Part shown: positions 1-14,600 of the stretch, piece after piece
Position numbering within the stretch: position 1 is the first letter of the stretch
Layout: every line of letters starts with the position of its first letter
DNA from: Fistulifera solaris
Lineage: Eukaryota
Reading direction: 5' to 3'
NCBI GenBank assembly: GCA_030295235.1
Contig: AP026173.1
Location: 186,001 to 250,000 of the forward strand
Length of the DNA: 64,000 bases
Notes under the pieces: generated by a model
The model's database searches: none
What the model was told of the DNA's origin: nothing
The model's input: the letters and a program-made list of their open reading frames with translations, nothing else
Program-made: the position numbers and the translations under genes

Positions 1-609
1 CTTGTCTTCTCCTGTATCTTGTGCCCTTTCCTTTCTCTTGAATTCCCAAATATCAAGCGGAGTATTAGGTTCTACATACAAAAGTATATCTCTAAAGAAT
101 ACATCCCTGCAAGAACAAAGGCGTCAGTAATGATTTGCGTCTGTTAAGTCCAATGTCCAATGTCATGAAACTTCGCCGTTTTCCGCTGGCTGGAACGCTT
201 GGGACTTGGGATCAATCCAAATACGCGTTTACCTTTTTGTGCTATATGGCAAAAAAAGTACGGAAGGCGAGACCCCCGAACCGACTTAAAGCTTAATTAA
301 AGCCGCGATCAAGTTAATAGCTAAAATTCTAATACTGTGTACGTTCTGAACCATAGTAACAATTAGAGGACATCACAGGCTTTATACCACCTGCATGGCG
401 GGATTACGACTCTTGCCAAACGCCAAACGTTCTTTCGTGCACTTTGTACGACCATTCGTTCCGTACAATTACACACACAGACAGTGTTTTTTCGGCAGAA
501 AAAGCGGAGGCCCAACAAAAAAATCGTTTGGCAGGTCAAATCAATCAATCGACGCAATCATCCTCTTTGTATTTATTACATCGCTACCCGTTCGAGATCT
601 TGCACGACT

Positions 610-2112
610 ATGGCACCACTATCATCAACTCGAAACGACAAACGCATCGTATTAAGCCACGAGAAGAGCTCTCATGCAACAGTCAACAAAAGGACGCCTT
701 CCCAGTTTCTGTCGAGGATATCCAGCAAACGATTCGATTGCGGTCTTACAAGTGAAGTTACTGACTCTCAGTGCACGTCTCTTGACATGGATGCTAAAGA
801 TCTCAGTCAACATCGGTTCTTTGTCGATCGTCTAATTTCACCGTCTCGGGATGGAAGCCGAAGACAAAGTGTTTCCTCTCCTCCCAGCAAGCCGGTTCGC
901 AGAAATAGTAACGAAAGCGGTGAAAGCCTCGGTGCGCATCAAGACGGTGATGATCGTTTAGACAGCCTCAGCTACGACAATGAAGAAAATTCGTTATTGT
1001 TTCTTTTCAAGGATGAAGAGGAAAGCGTTCCGAGCATGCCAGATCTCATTCGACGCTCAACCTATCCAGAAGTACCAACCCGGAAGCCTTGCAGTCCATC
1101 TGCGTACGAGACGCTTTCGTTTTCTCCCAAACAAAAGAAGAAGACTTTTCAAATTCAGAATGCTCCACCAAGAATCATTTATATTACACTACAAGATCAA
1201 GCTCCGCCCAGTGACGACGATACCTTGTCATCCGGAAACACAGGTACCGAAGAAGGCGTTTCGAATTCGATGCCTATTGTTATAAAAACCAAGTCTTATT
1301 CCATGATGAGTGAAAAGAGTTCAGCGCAGTCGCCTTCCAAACCAGTCCGAAGATGCTTTGAAGATGATCCAACTCCAAGAAATGCGTCCTTTGGATGCTT
1401 CCAAGGCTTTACTTCCCCTAAAATGCTTCCTGGAATTGCAACCACCGCTATCAAGCCTACTGTTTCGAATGCTGAGAATGATATCGCATGTATGCACCAT
1501 GTAACAGAGAAGATTAGCCTACTATCATCTTCCTCGAATTCACCAATCGTTAAAAAAGACGCAACGCCGTCGCCGAAAGCTGATCTTCGAGAACCCACTG
1601 CCAAACTCAACGGTTCAAATCGAGAAAACCCTTCAACACCTTCCGATGACGAACTGGGAAGTCCCCTCCTCGAAAAGCCTCGCTTGTCACGCAAGAACAT
1701 GTTCTTTCAAAATTTAAAATGGGACGATAGCAAGGCCAAGCAATCTAGCAAGGCCCGGCGAAAGCGAAATACGAAGAATCCAAGACTACCGAAAGAAGGA
1801 AAACCCGAGTGCTCGGCATTGCACATTCCAATGCGATCTGTCGATCCCGGTCGCGCAGATGTGCCATGTAATAAACAACGACACGACAGAAAGAAACAGA
1901 TTCCAAGGGATGAATTAGTACCCGCTGTTTCACTTGATCCGCCACCACAATCTCCGGCTCTTTCTGAGGTGACTGGCAACTCGCCCCTGGAACACTGCTG
2001 CCGTTGGCATTCATCTCCCAGTGTCGGGCAAAAAATGTTGTCAAAAGAGCGTATTCTTCTGAACGCATGCCGGGTAAACCGAAAAGAAGCTCCAGTAGTC
2101 GACAGAATCTAA
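610..2112 (+). CDS. Hypothetical Ser/Pro/Lys-rich low-complexity protein
   Basis: Long open frame (484-2112) with first ATG at 610. Disordered composition with repeated PSKPVRR motif. No recognisable domain. Confidence 0.6.
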   Translation: MAPLSSTRNDKRIVLSHEKSSHATVNKRTPSQFLSRISSKRFDCGLTSEVTDSQCTSLDMDAKDLSQHRFFVDRLISPSRDGSRRQSVSSPPSKPVRRNSNESGESLGAHQDGDDRLDSLSYDNEENSLLFLFKDEEESVPSMPDLIRRSTYPEVPTRKPCSPSAYETLSFSPKQKKKTFQIQNAPPRIIYITLQDQAPPSDDDTLSSGNTGTEEGVSNSMPIVIKTKSYSMMSEKSSAQSPSKPVRRCFEDDPTPRNASFGCFQGFTSPKMLPGIATTAIKPTVSNAENDIACMHHVTEKISLLSSSSNSPIVKKDATPSPKADLREPTAKLNGSNRENPSTPSDDELGSPLLEKPRLSRKNMFFQNLKWDDSKAKQSSKARRKRNTKNPRLPKEGKPECSALHIPMRSVDPGRADVPCNKQRHDRKKQIPRDELVPAVSLDPPPQSPALSEVTGNSPLEHCCRWHSSPSVGQKMLSKERILLNACRVNRKEAPVVDRI

Positions 2113-2662
2113 CGCGCAGGATTCGTCTCGACAGGACAGTTGGGTCAATAACATGCCGACAAATTCAGCCAGTTCGCAGTTTTGATGCAGATCTGATGCG
2201 TGACTGCGTGAAGGATATCTATTCAAGGAATCCACTACTCTTGGCACGTTCTTATCCAAAGGAATCAGCTCATCATCTCAACCTTTCTATTTCATCGTTA
2301 CTGGTCTCTAATGATGGATATCACAAAAGCCCGGCTGTGACATGATATTCCCTTCCCGGAAGCAATGCTTGGTTCGTTGAAAGACGTTCGACGATGTCAT
2401 CTGGCAGCTAATAAGCAACAAGGATGCTCTCCGCAGTGCACCTGCATGACAATCACGGAATGTAAGTTAAGGGGTATGACGACGAGGTCCTCGGCGGATA
2501 GACTCTCGGTCTTCAGCATTTTCTCGACTGTAGATGTTGAGCTTTGTGAACAAGGGTAGCGAAATACTTGAATGCTGGATTTGACCTACGCGTCGACACG
2601 CAGCAAAATTCAATTCACGCTTCTAAACGGTAATCTTCAAAGTTCAACTAGCTAAATATTGC

Positions 2663-5600
2663 TTAAGCGAAGAGAAAAGCACTTCCGCCTTCATTGATTG
2701 CATAGGAAAACTTCGTTCGCATTTCGTCTTCACTCTCGTAAACAGGTAGATCCAAGGAATTGAAACAAGTGTGCGCCGACATCAGAGCCCCTTTCGTCCC
2801 GCTCGCTTTGTGAATGCTGAACTTTTGAATTCCGCGCATACCTTGAAGCTCCGCAAAACCAGCCAGGGGGGACCTTAGAAGATCCTGTAACGAATTGCAA
2901 GAATGCAGCTTTTTCGTTACGCGAGAGCGAAAACATAATTTTCCAAAACCATTCGATTTGCTCGTCGGTAGCTTTCCAGCCTACATAGTCAGTGTTTGCT
3001 TTTAGATCATCGACGTCGATATCAGGCATGCCCGAAATCAGAAGCTCAAGCTCGCGAGGGGTAAATATAGAAATCAGTTCCGGGCTGACGAGCTCGTAAA
3101 AACCGTCTAGGTAGGCTTTGATTTGATTTTTGATTGCAGTTGTCATGCGGTGCTGGCATACAAGTTTGACGTACTTTTCCTTGTTCTCGTCCACTACAGG
3201 AGTTTTCCGTCCATTCGGAACAAGATCAATGACTTGGCTTCTGCCGAACGAATGATCCTCGATGCTGAAAGTAAGATCCAATCCAATGTCTTCGAGAGGA
3301 TATTCCAAAATAGTCTTCAAATTGCGGTAGTAGTCCGGGTCGATTGCTTCCATATCCTCGTGAGTCGGTTCTACGCCAAGCATATGCTTGTAGAGGCTAC
3401 GTGTAAAATGAGCGTCGAGAAGAAAGCCGTCTACAACTGCTTTGCCCACAATGCGCCCGACAAAGCGGAAGTAGCTAAGATGGTCAGGATTAATGCTGCT
3501 GTTTGGATTGGGCTGAAATGTGCATCCATCCTCTGTAGCAGTGAATAAGGCATAATTAGGGTTGAAGATCTCTTTCGCAAGAATAGCAAAAAATTCACGC
3601 GATAACCCTCCTGCATCAATGCCTTCTTCGTCCCTGAACGTAATGTGAAGGCGACCACGCATCTCCTCGGCATTTCGGAGTCGGAGCTGATGATAGGCGT
3701 CTTCAAATACGTACTTCCGTCTGATTCCAAGTCGTAGACTTTGGTGACCATGTCTTCTGCTCACTTGTTGCCGAAGCCGTCGCACTTGAGATCTAAACCA
3801 TTGACGCTTTACGTCAAAATCAAGAAACACTCGACAGCGAGGAACTTGAACCAAGCATCTTAGCGCCTTATCAAGAAGCCCGGGATTGTTTCGAACGAGT
3901 GCGTTGAGAAGCACTTTGTGCCTGGAAACAAACAACAAGACACTTTCCCCTTCAACCAGGTCTTTCAATTGAATTTCTTGTCTGGAATGTAGCCCTTCCG
4001 TGCCCTCGATGTCAACAGGGCGGGTCACGCTTGCATTGGCAACAAAGAATGCTTCAACGCTTGGAAGAAAGCGGGTGAGCAAGCCTGCTGCACTATTTCG
4101 TAGTTGCTTGGCTTTATTTCCGTTCTCGTCGTTGTGTTCGTTGTCTTCGCCTGCTTTATCAGCTAAATCTTCAAAAGATTTTACTCCTTCAAGCACTTGA
4201 ATATCCGTGAGACAGCCAGAGAGTTCCTCCCATAGTCCACCAAACTCCATTTGGCGCAACAGATGGACCAGCTCATCCGTAACAAACATCACGTTTTCTG
4301 TCTTTCGACTAATTTCATCCGCTCCGTCACTGCAAAGCGCTTGTAACGTCTGTAGGACCCGAAGCAGTTTCAGCTCATTGGTACTTGTCGACAAAGTAAT
4401 GGAATTGAACACTCCTGTATCTTGATTAGTTTCTTCCCTTTGAAAATCTGCAGAGGTACTTTCTTGTGGCTTCTTCTGTGTCAATGACGCTTCCATTCGT
4501 ATCTTCAGACTTCGTAAATCACGTAGTGCGTCAATCCCTAAACCGTGTGCAATAGAAGCAAGCTCGGATAGAACGTATCCTCTGTTACTTTCGACTCTGC
4601 ACAGCCTCCTCACTATAGTGTTGACTTTACCGAATGCAGAATCTCTGCAACTTTCCATTCTTAAAATAGAACAAAGAAGCTGTAGGTAAGAAGGGGGTAT
4701 TTCTACCCTTGGAATATCAACATAAACTTTTCCTGAGGTTTCGGCTGCATCAAGATCGCGTTGCGGGATGTTAGTCTCTTCATCCGGTAGCCGTGCGATG
4801 TGGGAAAAAGGCGAGACAGCACATTCCAAAATAGAAAGAAGAAGTTCGATATTAGTTGAGCTTTTGAGAATCGCTTGATTTCGTAGCAATCCGATGAACT
4901 GCTCAAGCGGAGTCTTCTCGACAAGTTCGTCCCATGGCAAAAGGGTTTGTAGACAGTATCTTGGCGAGTTCTTACAGAGCTGGGTGACCGTTTCCAGCAA
5001 TCTTGTTACCACGATTGGTGGCAAGGTGGTATCATTGAATTGTAAAACTGATGGAAGATTTGCAGCCACCGAGGTTGAGTTGTTAAAGCCGTGTCGATGC
5101 CTAAGCAGCGACGCGGCCATGCTACGTTGAAAGATTCACCTTCGAATGCATCCGGAGTCGCTCCTAATAGAGTTTCTGGTGGAATTTTCGACGAGTCACG
5201 AAACAAATCATCCATTGCCCTTCGCCATTGGTCCGAAGGCAAATATGTCGAACTGAACTGTTCCACTGCGGCGGATAATCTTGCCGGATTTGCGTTCAGT
5301 AAAGCCAGAAAAGCGGTAAGGAAAAACTCGCGTAAACTGGGGATGCTGCAAAAGTTTTGTATAACTTTCTGCATTAGTCGTTGCGGACGTATTGGGGAAA
5401 CCAGAAAAAATAGCTTGATGAAAAGCTTTACGTCGCTCTTACAAACAGGTGAAAAAAGCGAACTGGGTAAATAGACAGTATCGTCTAAATCCTTTTCGAC
5501 CTTGAATTTTCCCGTTCGCTGTCGTTTCTTCTGACTGGGCAATTCACTAACAGTTCCTCGTCCTGTTACAGCGAGTCTTGAGGAATCCGTTCCGTCACCG

Positions 5601-8600
5601 CCGACTGCATTCCCTTGCTGCGCACCGTCAACGTTCTCAGCGAATAGCCTACCATCCCTAAGGCCAGATGCTCTTTCACGCAAAACTTGTGCTTCTGCAA
5701 CTACATCCGGCGGTAGGCTACTAAGAACACTACTATCCGCAGTAAGGAGAACTTCTTCTCTAAGTCCTGGGGCAAGTGACGCAATGAAGCTTGCAGTGTC
5801 CATTTCTTCCGCGTGAGATGGGTCCGCAACCCCATCTCCTTCGATTTGCTGTCTTGCGCGCTCTCTCTCGATTCTATCTTGTTCAATGATATCTCTTCTA
5901 ATGTCCTCCGGCAGCTCTGCAAGTACAGACGGGTCAAGCGTCGACTCGCGGAGTTGCATTTCAAGCTCTTGGGTAGCATTGTATTGGGAAACACAATCAT
6001 GCTGCATTTCCACAGGGAGGCTATTGAATACTTCAGGATCAAAACCCGGAGGACAGACTAATCCATTGCTATTTTCTGCGTGGATTGGTATTGTTCGGTC
6101 AGTCTCTACATTGTCGGTGTCTGTTGTAGCAACGGTAACACGCAGCGAGCTTTCTTCAACGGCGGGAGCGTTGATCGTATCTCCTTCTGGTTCATGCTCC
6201 ATCGACTCTGCAAGCGCATGATCATCACTCTGTCTTTCAGCGGATTCGGGATCAGAAGATGGCCTTTCGACTGAAAGCGCGATTTGTTCGTCACTAGGCG
6301 ACAGTCGCAGACCAGCTTCCAGAGACGACGCCACATGATCCCCTTCACTGTTCACACTCTCATGTTCATTGGCACCATTACTATGTAATTCAGCTTCAAG
6401 GTGTGTATTTGCAGGAAGGGGGTCGGGCCCTAGAACTGGTTCGGTAGAATTTGTATCCATGTCGACTTCAGATGAGTTCATTGTAGCTGCCTGCTGTTGC
6501 AATGGCCTCGACTCGTCGCTCGCCTCTCTCAAAGCTCGCTCGAAGACAGAACTGAAATCCTGAGCACTTGCATCAAGTGGAAGACCATCGTCAGTCCATC
6601 CTATTGGGCGTGATGTATTTCCTTCGCCCATTCCAGCAAATGGATTGCCCAAATTCGTTCTACTTGACCTGACAATGTTTCCATTTGAAGTTGACACTAG
6701 GTAGCCACCTGATGGGAATGATGCATTAGACCAGTCACCAGCACGGCGAGTAGCCATTTGACCTCTTCGCGTTGCGCGAACACCATGAGGCAACAAATCT
6801 GACACAAGAGAATTCATTGGCGGAAGGTCTACTCCGCACAGAAGCGGGTGGAGAGAAAGCTGTGTGCGCGCATTAGTTGCCGACGCAGGCCCACCAGGAA
6901 AGAGCTGCAAATCAAGCTGAGTGAGATTAATCAGTGCATTCGCGTTGGCCTCATCATATGGCTCTTGACTTGGGACTAAATCGTAGTTTCTGCTCCCTGA
7001 CGTAACAGAAGGGCCGCCATAAATGTACTCCATCGAACTGGCTTCTCCCCAGTGTCCACCTCTGCCGAAGGCTGAGTATCCCACCTCCGGCCGACTTCGC
7101 TGGTGAACGTGAGGCAGCGTACCTGTGAGGTCGTTGCGACGTTCCAGGCTAATCGATTGGGCTTCGTCTACAACACGGATCCGAGCTCCATTCGCAATTG
7201 CCGTCCTCAAGCTACGATTGCCTGTCATTATGCGGATTCCCAAAGATCCCTCTATCTCGGCAAGCGCTTCAGCACTTATATCTGTATCTCTCAAAAGGGT
7301 TCCAATCATAGCTTCAGTGGCATCGATTGCACCGCCCTGGCGAGTATCTGAAGAGCGGCGGGCGACTCTGGATCCCATAAGCATGCCTCCAAAGCCCGTC
7401 GACTCGATACGAGTCCAACCGTCCTCTAACTCATGCTCGATACCTTCCGCGCCTCCTCCATCTACTTCATCGTAGGCCATACCGTCGCCGTCATTTTCGT
7501 TTCCTCCGTTGTAATTTTCGCCGTAATCCACAGCCCATTGCTCTTCATAGTCTAACGCGTTACTTTCATCCCTGCTTGACTCATCCATTTCAGAAAGTTC
7601 ATCGTCCTCCTCTTCATCATCATCCTCGTCGTCTTCTTCTTCCTCCTCCTCATCTTCGTCTTCTTCCATGCCAGAATCGTCCGATTCGTCAGAAGCACTA
7701 GAATTGCTCGACTCGATGCTACTCTCTTCCTCGACATCGTCGTCAACTGAAGGTTCTACATCTTCATCCATGTGGTCGGCCGTGTCATTCTCAATCAATT
7801 CGGAGGCATCGACCATCACGTCAAAGTGCCCGTCACCCCTTTCATTGATTTCGGGTATGTATTCACGTGTGCGGAGAACGTTGGCTTGCTGTTCGTCATT
7901 CAAATTTTCAGCGGTTGTGATTTTTACTTCTTCAGCCATTATCGACTCTTTTTTTACTAGCTCATACAAAGCGCTGGTTACAGTCGGGCGTGTCAAAATC
8001 TCAAAAGGATGCAACAACATGCTACAAGTGCTGGAAGCCATCGGATGCGACAGGTTTACCCGTTTCAGCGCATAGAGAAGAGCGTGGGCCATGCCATAAT
8101 CAAGCATCACTTTGATAGTCTCCATGCTAAGAGAAACCGAGCCCTCTAGATTTCTTCCATTGCTTCGAGGAGCAGCAAAGCCAAGACACAACTCTCCCCA
8201 TGCTTGCAAAGCGGACAGTTCGCTAGTAGCAAGCGTTGTCCTTCCTAATGATTGGGTCGGCGACATCGGACCGTGCCCTAGTTGCCCCCACTGAGGCAAA
8301 AGACTAGATCAGCTACTACACGTTTGCGACCTTCGCCAGGACGCGCCACAAGAGCGGCCAACACGCGCGAAGCCGTCTGGGAAACTTTTAGCACCCGGAA
8401 CGCTCGAGCTTTTTTCTCTTTGATTAAAAGTGGCTCAACTTTGTCGTCTTTCTTGCGATTCCATAAGTCGTGATCATTCCGAATAGCCCAACGGTCTTGA
8501 GGCAGCAAGTTATGAAAAATGAAAGAGATGAAGGATTTTGATGGGGCGGGACAACCATGGAGCGCGTGAGTGAGCTGGACCGCGACTTTCTTCGCACGGT

Positions 8601-11600
8601 TTAATCTGTAATTGTAAACAACTGAAGCGCATGTAGGAATGGCCAAAATCAAGTCAGCTAGTATTTGCAGAAGATCCGCCGCCCAGAGAAAAGTAGTATT
8701 TTCATTCTTTGATGATAGCGTCGCCTCGTTGGCTGCCATTTCGATTACCGAGTCGACAACAAGGCAGACAATGAATGAAGTAGGTGTGTCTTTTGAAACA
8801 TGAACTTGCTTGTGATCCGATTTTTCTCTTTGAGGAGTCTTTTTTGAGATGGAGTTACGCTTCGATGACTTGGCGGGAAGCATTCTAATTTTCGAGGGGG
8901 GTGATTCTTTGTTTGATTGAATATCATTTCCAACGACAATTTCTTCCTTGTCGGCCTTCTCCACGGCAGCAAAAAACTCCACTCTGCTTCGTCTGGTCTT
9001 TCCCTCTATCATTCTTATTCGCACCTGTCCGCTTTCTCCTTGATCATGATCGACCTCTACACAGAGAGCAAGAGCTTTCAAAAATGAATCGGGGTCTCTG
9101 TACAGGAGCGGAGTAACGCTGTCGAGCAACGATCTCAATGGAAACGATTTTTGGTCTGTATTGCTTTTTTTACTCAGTTTCGCAATAGCAGCCCTTATTT
9201 CATTTTCCATTGCCATTTGCAGAGAAGTCTCGTCTTCCATCAACCGCCGAAGAACCAACGTGACTAGTCCAGAATTTCCGGTAAAGCGGGCTTCTTGCGG
9301 CAGTTTCAGAATGGCTTCAACGATTCCACACCGAAGAAATTGAGCGGATATATCGGAGAAATGACAGAGCCGGAGCAATAAAAGTAAGGATGCTTGTGCT
9401 AATCCTGGAGATAGGGCGTTGTCCTGTGGAAAATCAACTAGAAGCCGTCTGCAAATAGCGACGCAAGATTGTAGCAGCGAGCTTGGAAGAAGTGGGAAAA
9501 ACGCAGGAAGGGATGCTAAAGAAGCATTCCTCGTCGCACTACGTCTCTTATCGGCGTTCTCAAGATCGGTATCGCTTTTCTCATGATTGTTGCTGCTCGT
9601 TGACTTTTGTGCGTCTAGAGAGCCATCGTGTCCATTAATCAAAGAAAAAACAGAATCCGCCGTATGTGAAAGTTCAGCGAGTCTGTCTTTATGATCCTTG
9701 TGGACACGATGAAAGTCGATTTCTACTTCTGCATTGCCAACTTCATGTTGGTCTCCTGACAATGCAGCGCTTGGCTGAGCCATAATATCAAGGAGCAGCA
9801 GAGATGGGGTCATCCACGCAGGAGTCGAACGTTCCCCCGGGTCCCTCGATTCGAGGTAAACCGATACGCAAGCAACAAGGTCGGACACAATGTTCAATTT
9901 CAGAACTGACAGCCGTGTCCTAGGAAGTGCGCGGATGAAAAGTACTGTGGCGTGGCACAAGGACGCTACGCAACTTTCGTCATCTTTGTCGATTCTGTGT
10001 GGACTCATATCAGCTCCTTCTTTTGGGCGAATCTTTCCGCATAAGTCCCCAAGAATAGAATTCAAAACAAGGTCACGTTTTTCAGGATACTTGTGGCAGA
10101 AGTCCAGCAAGAAAGAAGTGACTACAACAGTAATAGCTTCTCCCTCACCGTCTCCTGTAGTTTTCCCACGAATGTTGACTGAGTTCCTGCTGCTGTGGAG
10201 AAGTTTACACGCTACCTGAGGAATATCATCAGCCCACGACATCAACGCATCGTTTAATCGTTCCCATTCCACGTCCTTGAAAGGTGGCTTCGATAACTTT
10301 GATTCTAGCTCTGATTTTTCTATAGACTCAGGGTTCTCAACTTCGCTTGTCCTGTCTCCCCCCTCAGCTTCTACTCTATCAGTTCGGTGAGAATCCGGAA
10401 GTGCTTGAGCACGTTCTAGTCTCTCAGCACGACGTCGTTCGACTGTTCGTGGGCTAGGAGGAAAATTTGACAGCGCATATTCCATGGCTAAGTCGACTCT
10501 GTTCGACCTGATGCTCTCAATTGCATCGAGTGCATGATCACGTGTAAAACCCATTTCCATTAAACGATTTATTGCCTCTTCACTCGCCTCAAAAGTTTCC
10601 GCGTCTTCTGTTGCTGTTTCTTCGTCATTTTGCATGGGATCGATGTCAGAGCTAATACTTCTACGGCTGCTATGAGCTTGGCCTTGCTGATCAACAGGTG
10701 CCTTTTTCTTGACCGCATCTTCAAGGCAGATAAGAATATCTCCAACCAGTCCCGTTATGGGATGTGTAATGAATGATGGAGTCTGACATAATCGGTTGTC
10801 AAGCCAGCAGCCCTTAACGATATTCGATATGGACAACTGCAAAGATCTGGCAACGGATTCAGGGCGAAAGAAAGGACTTGAACCGCCACCTTCTGGTTGA
10901 AATCGATTGAGATCGCCGACATGAATAAGTGTCGCTGCATCTTTCCAATTCATACGACTCATGATAGAAGCAGCAGGAGAAGAAGACACAGGCGTGGATA
11001 TCAATTTGCGGAGCAAAGTCACGACAGGAGGGAAACTAGCCGCCACGCTGCGGCTTACCAGCCGTTGCTCTCCAGATGAATTTTCTTCGATTACCTTGCG
11101 CTTGCTCGCAAAATCACTGAAACCATGATCCAAAACGAGCCTAATTGCATCGAACATATTGAGTTGAGTATCGTCGCTGGTGGCCGAGCTGTCGCAAGAA
11201 GCAATCAGGTTTACAAGCAGTGGAAAATTTATTGCCCTCCGCTCTCTTCTGTCTTCAAAGAGGCAAGCGTAGATGTGGTTGACGATGCAGCTTAGGTACA
11301 TCGCTATCCCACCAGAACCGATTTCCAGTGTACCTTCCTTACCCCGTATACATTTCACAACTGGTGGTAAAGACAGCGCCGTTTTTACGTTTTCAGCAAG
11401 GATCCCAGTGGTCCACGCTATGTGGGCTCCAACTGTACCCTCATCAAAAGATACAGCTCTAACTTGCAAGGTGCGTATCCCTTGGGTCACCAAGCGTGAT
11501 AGAGAACTAAAAAGCTCAGCATACCCTGCTTGGCCCCTGGCAAGCACACCAACAGCTACTGTTTTGAGGTCCGGTACTCCAGCTTCAACGCGCTTTCGAG

Positions 11601-14600
11601 GCTCTGTCAAATCTTTTACATCGTCGTCGCATTCACCATGGGCGGAAGATTCGTCCCATATGCTCAATACCTCTGCTATTGGCTCACGCCCATGGCCACG
11701 GGTCATCTCTGACACCCAACCCCGATTTGTGCGGTACCTCATGATCCCAGATGAATTTATACACCGATCATCAGCAACTACAACTTCTCCCATTTCCATA
11801 TTACCGACATTTGCACAAGAATCTATCTCCATGCCATCCCGTAGAACAGCGCCCTCTGGACAAACTATTCGCAGCTTATACCGCCGTGCATTAACGCGTA
11901 GCGTCAAACGATTCACTTCGTTTGCCTCAAACCATTCTTCGGTCCTGACTCGACAAACATCGAAAAGTGTCAAACGGTGAAACTCGGCGATCCGTGAGAG
12001 AATGTTCTCAAAGTAAGAGGATGATATTTCCTTTTTCCACTCCCTTTCCGACCGACTCCATCCGGTCATATCTTGGCTCCTTTGCGATGCAGCCTTTATT
12101 GCCATTGCAACGATATTTGTAATCCACTGAATCTGTGCAACGTGGCGTAGATATTTCGAAAGATGTCTTGCTTGATCCAGTGGAAGAGGCTCTTTGCCAA
12201 CTAAATATGGTTCTTCGGGAAATGATTCTATTACAGAACACCCAACATCTGACAAAGGGTTTGTCGACATCGGTCGAAATCATCGAGATAAGACTTCGCT
12301 ACCGCGCCAATCTTTCGAACGAGTTTCAATGTATCGTAGCGGACGTACAAGCTTTTCAAGGTAACTGACAATGCTTCTTCGAGTTTAGAGTGATGCAAAG
12401 TTCCTAAAGACGGCGAACTCATACCAGATACGTGGGATAAAAATTGCAAGCCAGATGGCATCGACGCAGGAAATATCTTGAGTAAAGCGTCTAATCCACC
12501 GGCTTCGACAAAAGCTTCACAATGATCTTCGTTGTGTAGTATTTGCTCCAGCAATTGCGAAAAGTTCATGACATATTGAATAAGACAAGTTCGCATTTCT
12601 TCTACATCCTTCTCCTCATGACGATATCCATCTTCTAGAACTGTCAGCTCGTCTGCGAACAAAACAACTCGATTCATTGCTTCAGATATGGCCTGCAATA
12701 TTTGAGGGCGAAGACGATCTACATGCCGCATAACTTCGTCGAGACCAGTTCCAATCACAGCAGTCATTTCATTAAGAAGACACCGACTTCTAGGCATAGC
12801 ATACGCAGGATGATATAAAACGCGAAGCAGCGCTGGAAAAGGGTTTTTGCTCTTCACCGCCTTAGCACCATCTTCTGTTAGCGAAAACGCCGCAAGAACA
12901 TTTGGTATCGCCATGATCAGCTCAGACACAGCTGGTATTGAGGGGTCACCGCTCTCCGTCGTCCTCATGATCATGTTGATAAAAGCATCAGCGAGCCCCG
13001 ATTTATGAACGTGATTGACACAGTGAGGGTCACTGTTTAGTATTTCAGTGAGCATTGCTGAAACCAAAGCGACGAGGTTGCCGCCGAAAACTTCCACATT
13101 ATCCAGAATAGCAATAAGCGCCTTCTTCAAAACAGGTTTCCTTATTTCAGCACCGCCAGGGAGCGTAGTGCCCGACATGGCAGCAGACGTTGATTCTGGC
13201 TGAAACACAACGTTAAGGCAAGTCAATAAAGTGAACAACAAGACTTGCTGCGAAGAGCGGATCCGAACTGAATTTTCGACTAAAACCATCTCAGAATTTC
13301 CATCCGGGTCGACATATGATATGATTGGTACACCTGTGAACTCAATCTCTCGAGAAAGAACTTTCATCACAACGTCTAGACCACTCAGCTCATGAAACGT
13401 CAACAGAGCATTACCATGCGTGACGAATGCTCCTTCCAGAAGCTGCACAGCCTGGGAAATGACGTAACGCAGCATACACGAAATGCGGACGTCATTTTCC
13501 ACGCCAAGTTCCTTCAAAGTATGAACTGGATCCACCGATACTGTCGTAAGCAAGGTCGGAATAATACCACAGTCCACCAGCGCCGAAGTGCCAGCAGGGG
13601 TGGCAACTACTGCGGATGTCAAGGTAAGGATGCTGTCAATGAAGGCTAAGGCCTGCTCTACTTGGAATTTTCGTGGAACCCTGCTTGAAGTGAGAGCTGT
13701 TGCTTCCAGAAACGCCATGCCGATTTCCAATGACTCGTTTTCGGGCGGGCTTGTCGGTGGCACCTCCGTTGTATGTAGACAGGAGAGCGAATACCGAATC
13801 AACGTCGGTAATACACCAAGGTACTGTCCCTTCCCAACACCCAATTCAATCAAAACAGATGACAATCGAGTTGTCCCCGTCAACGCACCATTCGTTAAAC
13901 CGTCTCTTCGTAAAACGAGAGCGGCCAGCGCTTCGACCGCCAACAGTCGAACCTCATAGGGAATCACGTTCTGCAGCAAGTTCTCCACCGTTGGATGGGG
14001 AGCAACATGTGCTCCACTCACCGTAGGGCGTATCAGATCGACCACTTCCGCACATAATTCGGGTTGGGCAGAAAAGTAATTGGTAATGGCGTCTTGTGAC
14101 GGATGCGAGTGCAGCATGATGATCAAAGCTCGGAGACGGCGTTCAACAGCCTTGATTCGACTATCTCGACAATGAAATGACTTCGCCAAACGAATATCTG
14201 AAAGCAAGGCAAATTGACGCTCCTTCGGAACTTGCGGACACGAAAAGAATAGTTCCGCGGTTGATTTGACGCTGGTGACTTTCCGCCGTTTGTTACTATC
14301 GTCAAACTGTCGATCCACCAGTATATCCTTCCCCGTCAAAACAATCTCCTGCAGATCGGGATTATAATATTTGAAGTGCACTTCCCCAGCTTCCGCTGGC
14401 AAACTTTCCTGTTCGTCCGTGAGAACTGTCGTCTCCAAACCGAGTCCCAGCGCTCGTGTGCCCCAACCGCGCGCACACGCCACCACCCGATGGAGGGGGA
14501 AGTTGATGCAACGACGTGGCGTGCACCGAAGGTTCCGGTGCTTGCTGTTTGTGCAAGGCCGGGGGCAATGCGAGCGCTTGCAAGGCCGCCAATGCCACAT

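Noticed and set aside
7550..7790. tcc/tca/tcg trinucleotide-rich tract as a microsatellite
   Set aside because: It encodes the Asp/Glu-rich region expected in HUWE1-type ligases.
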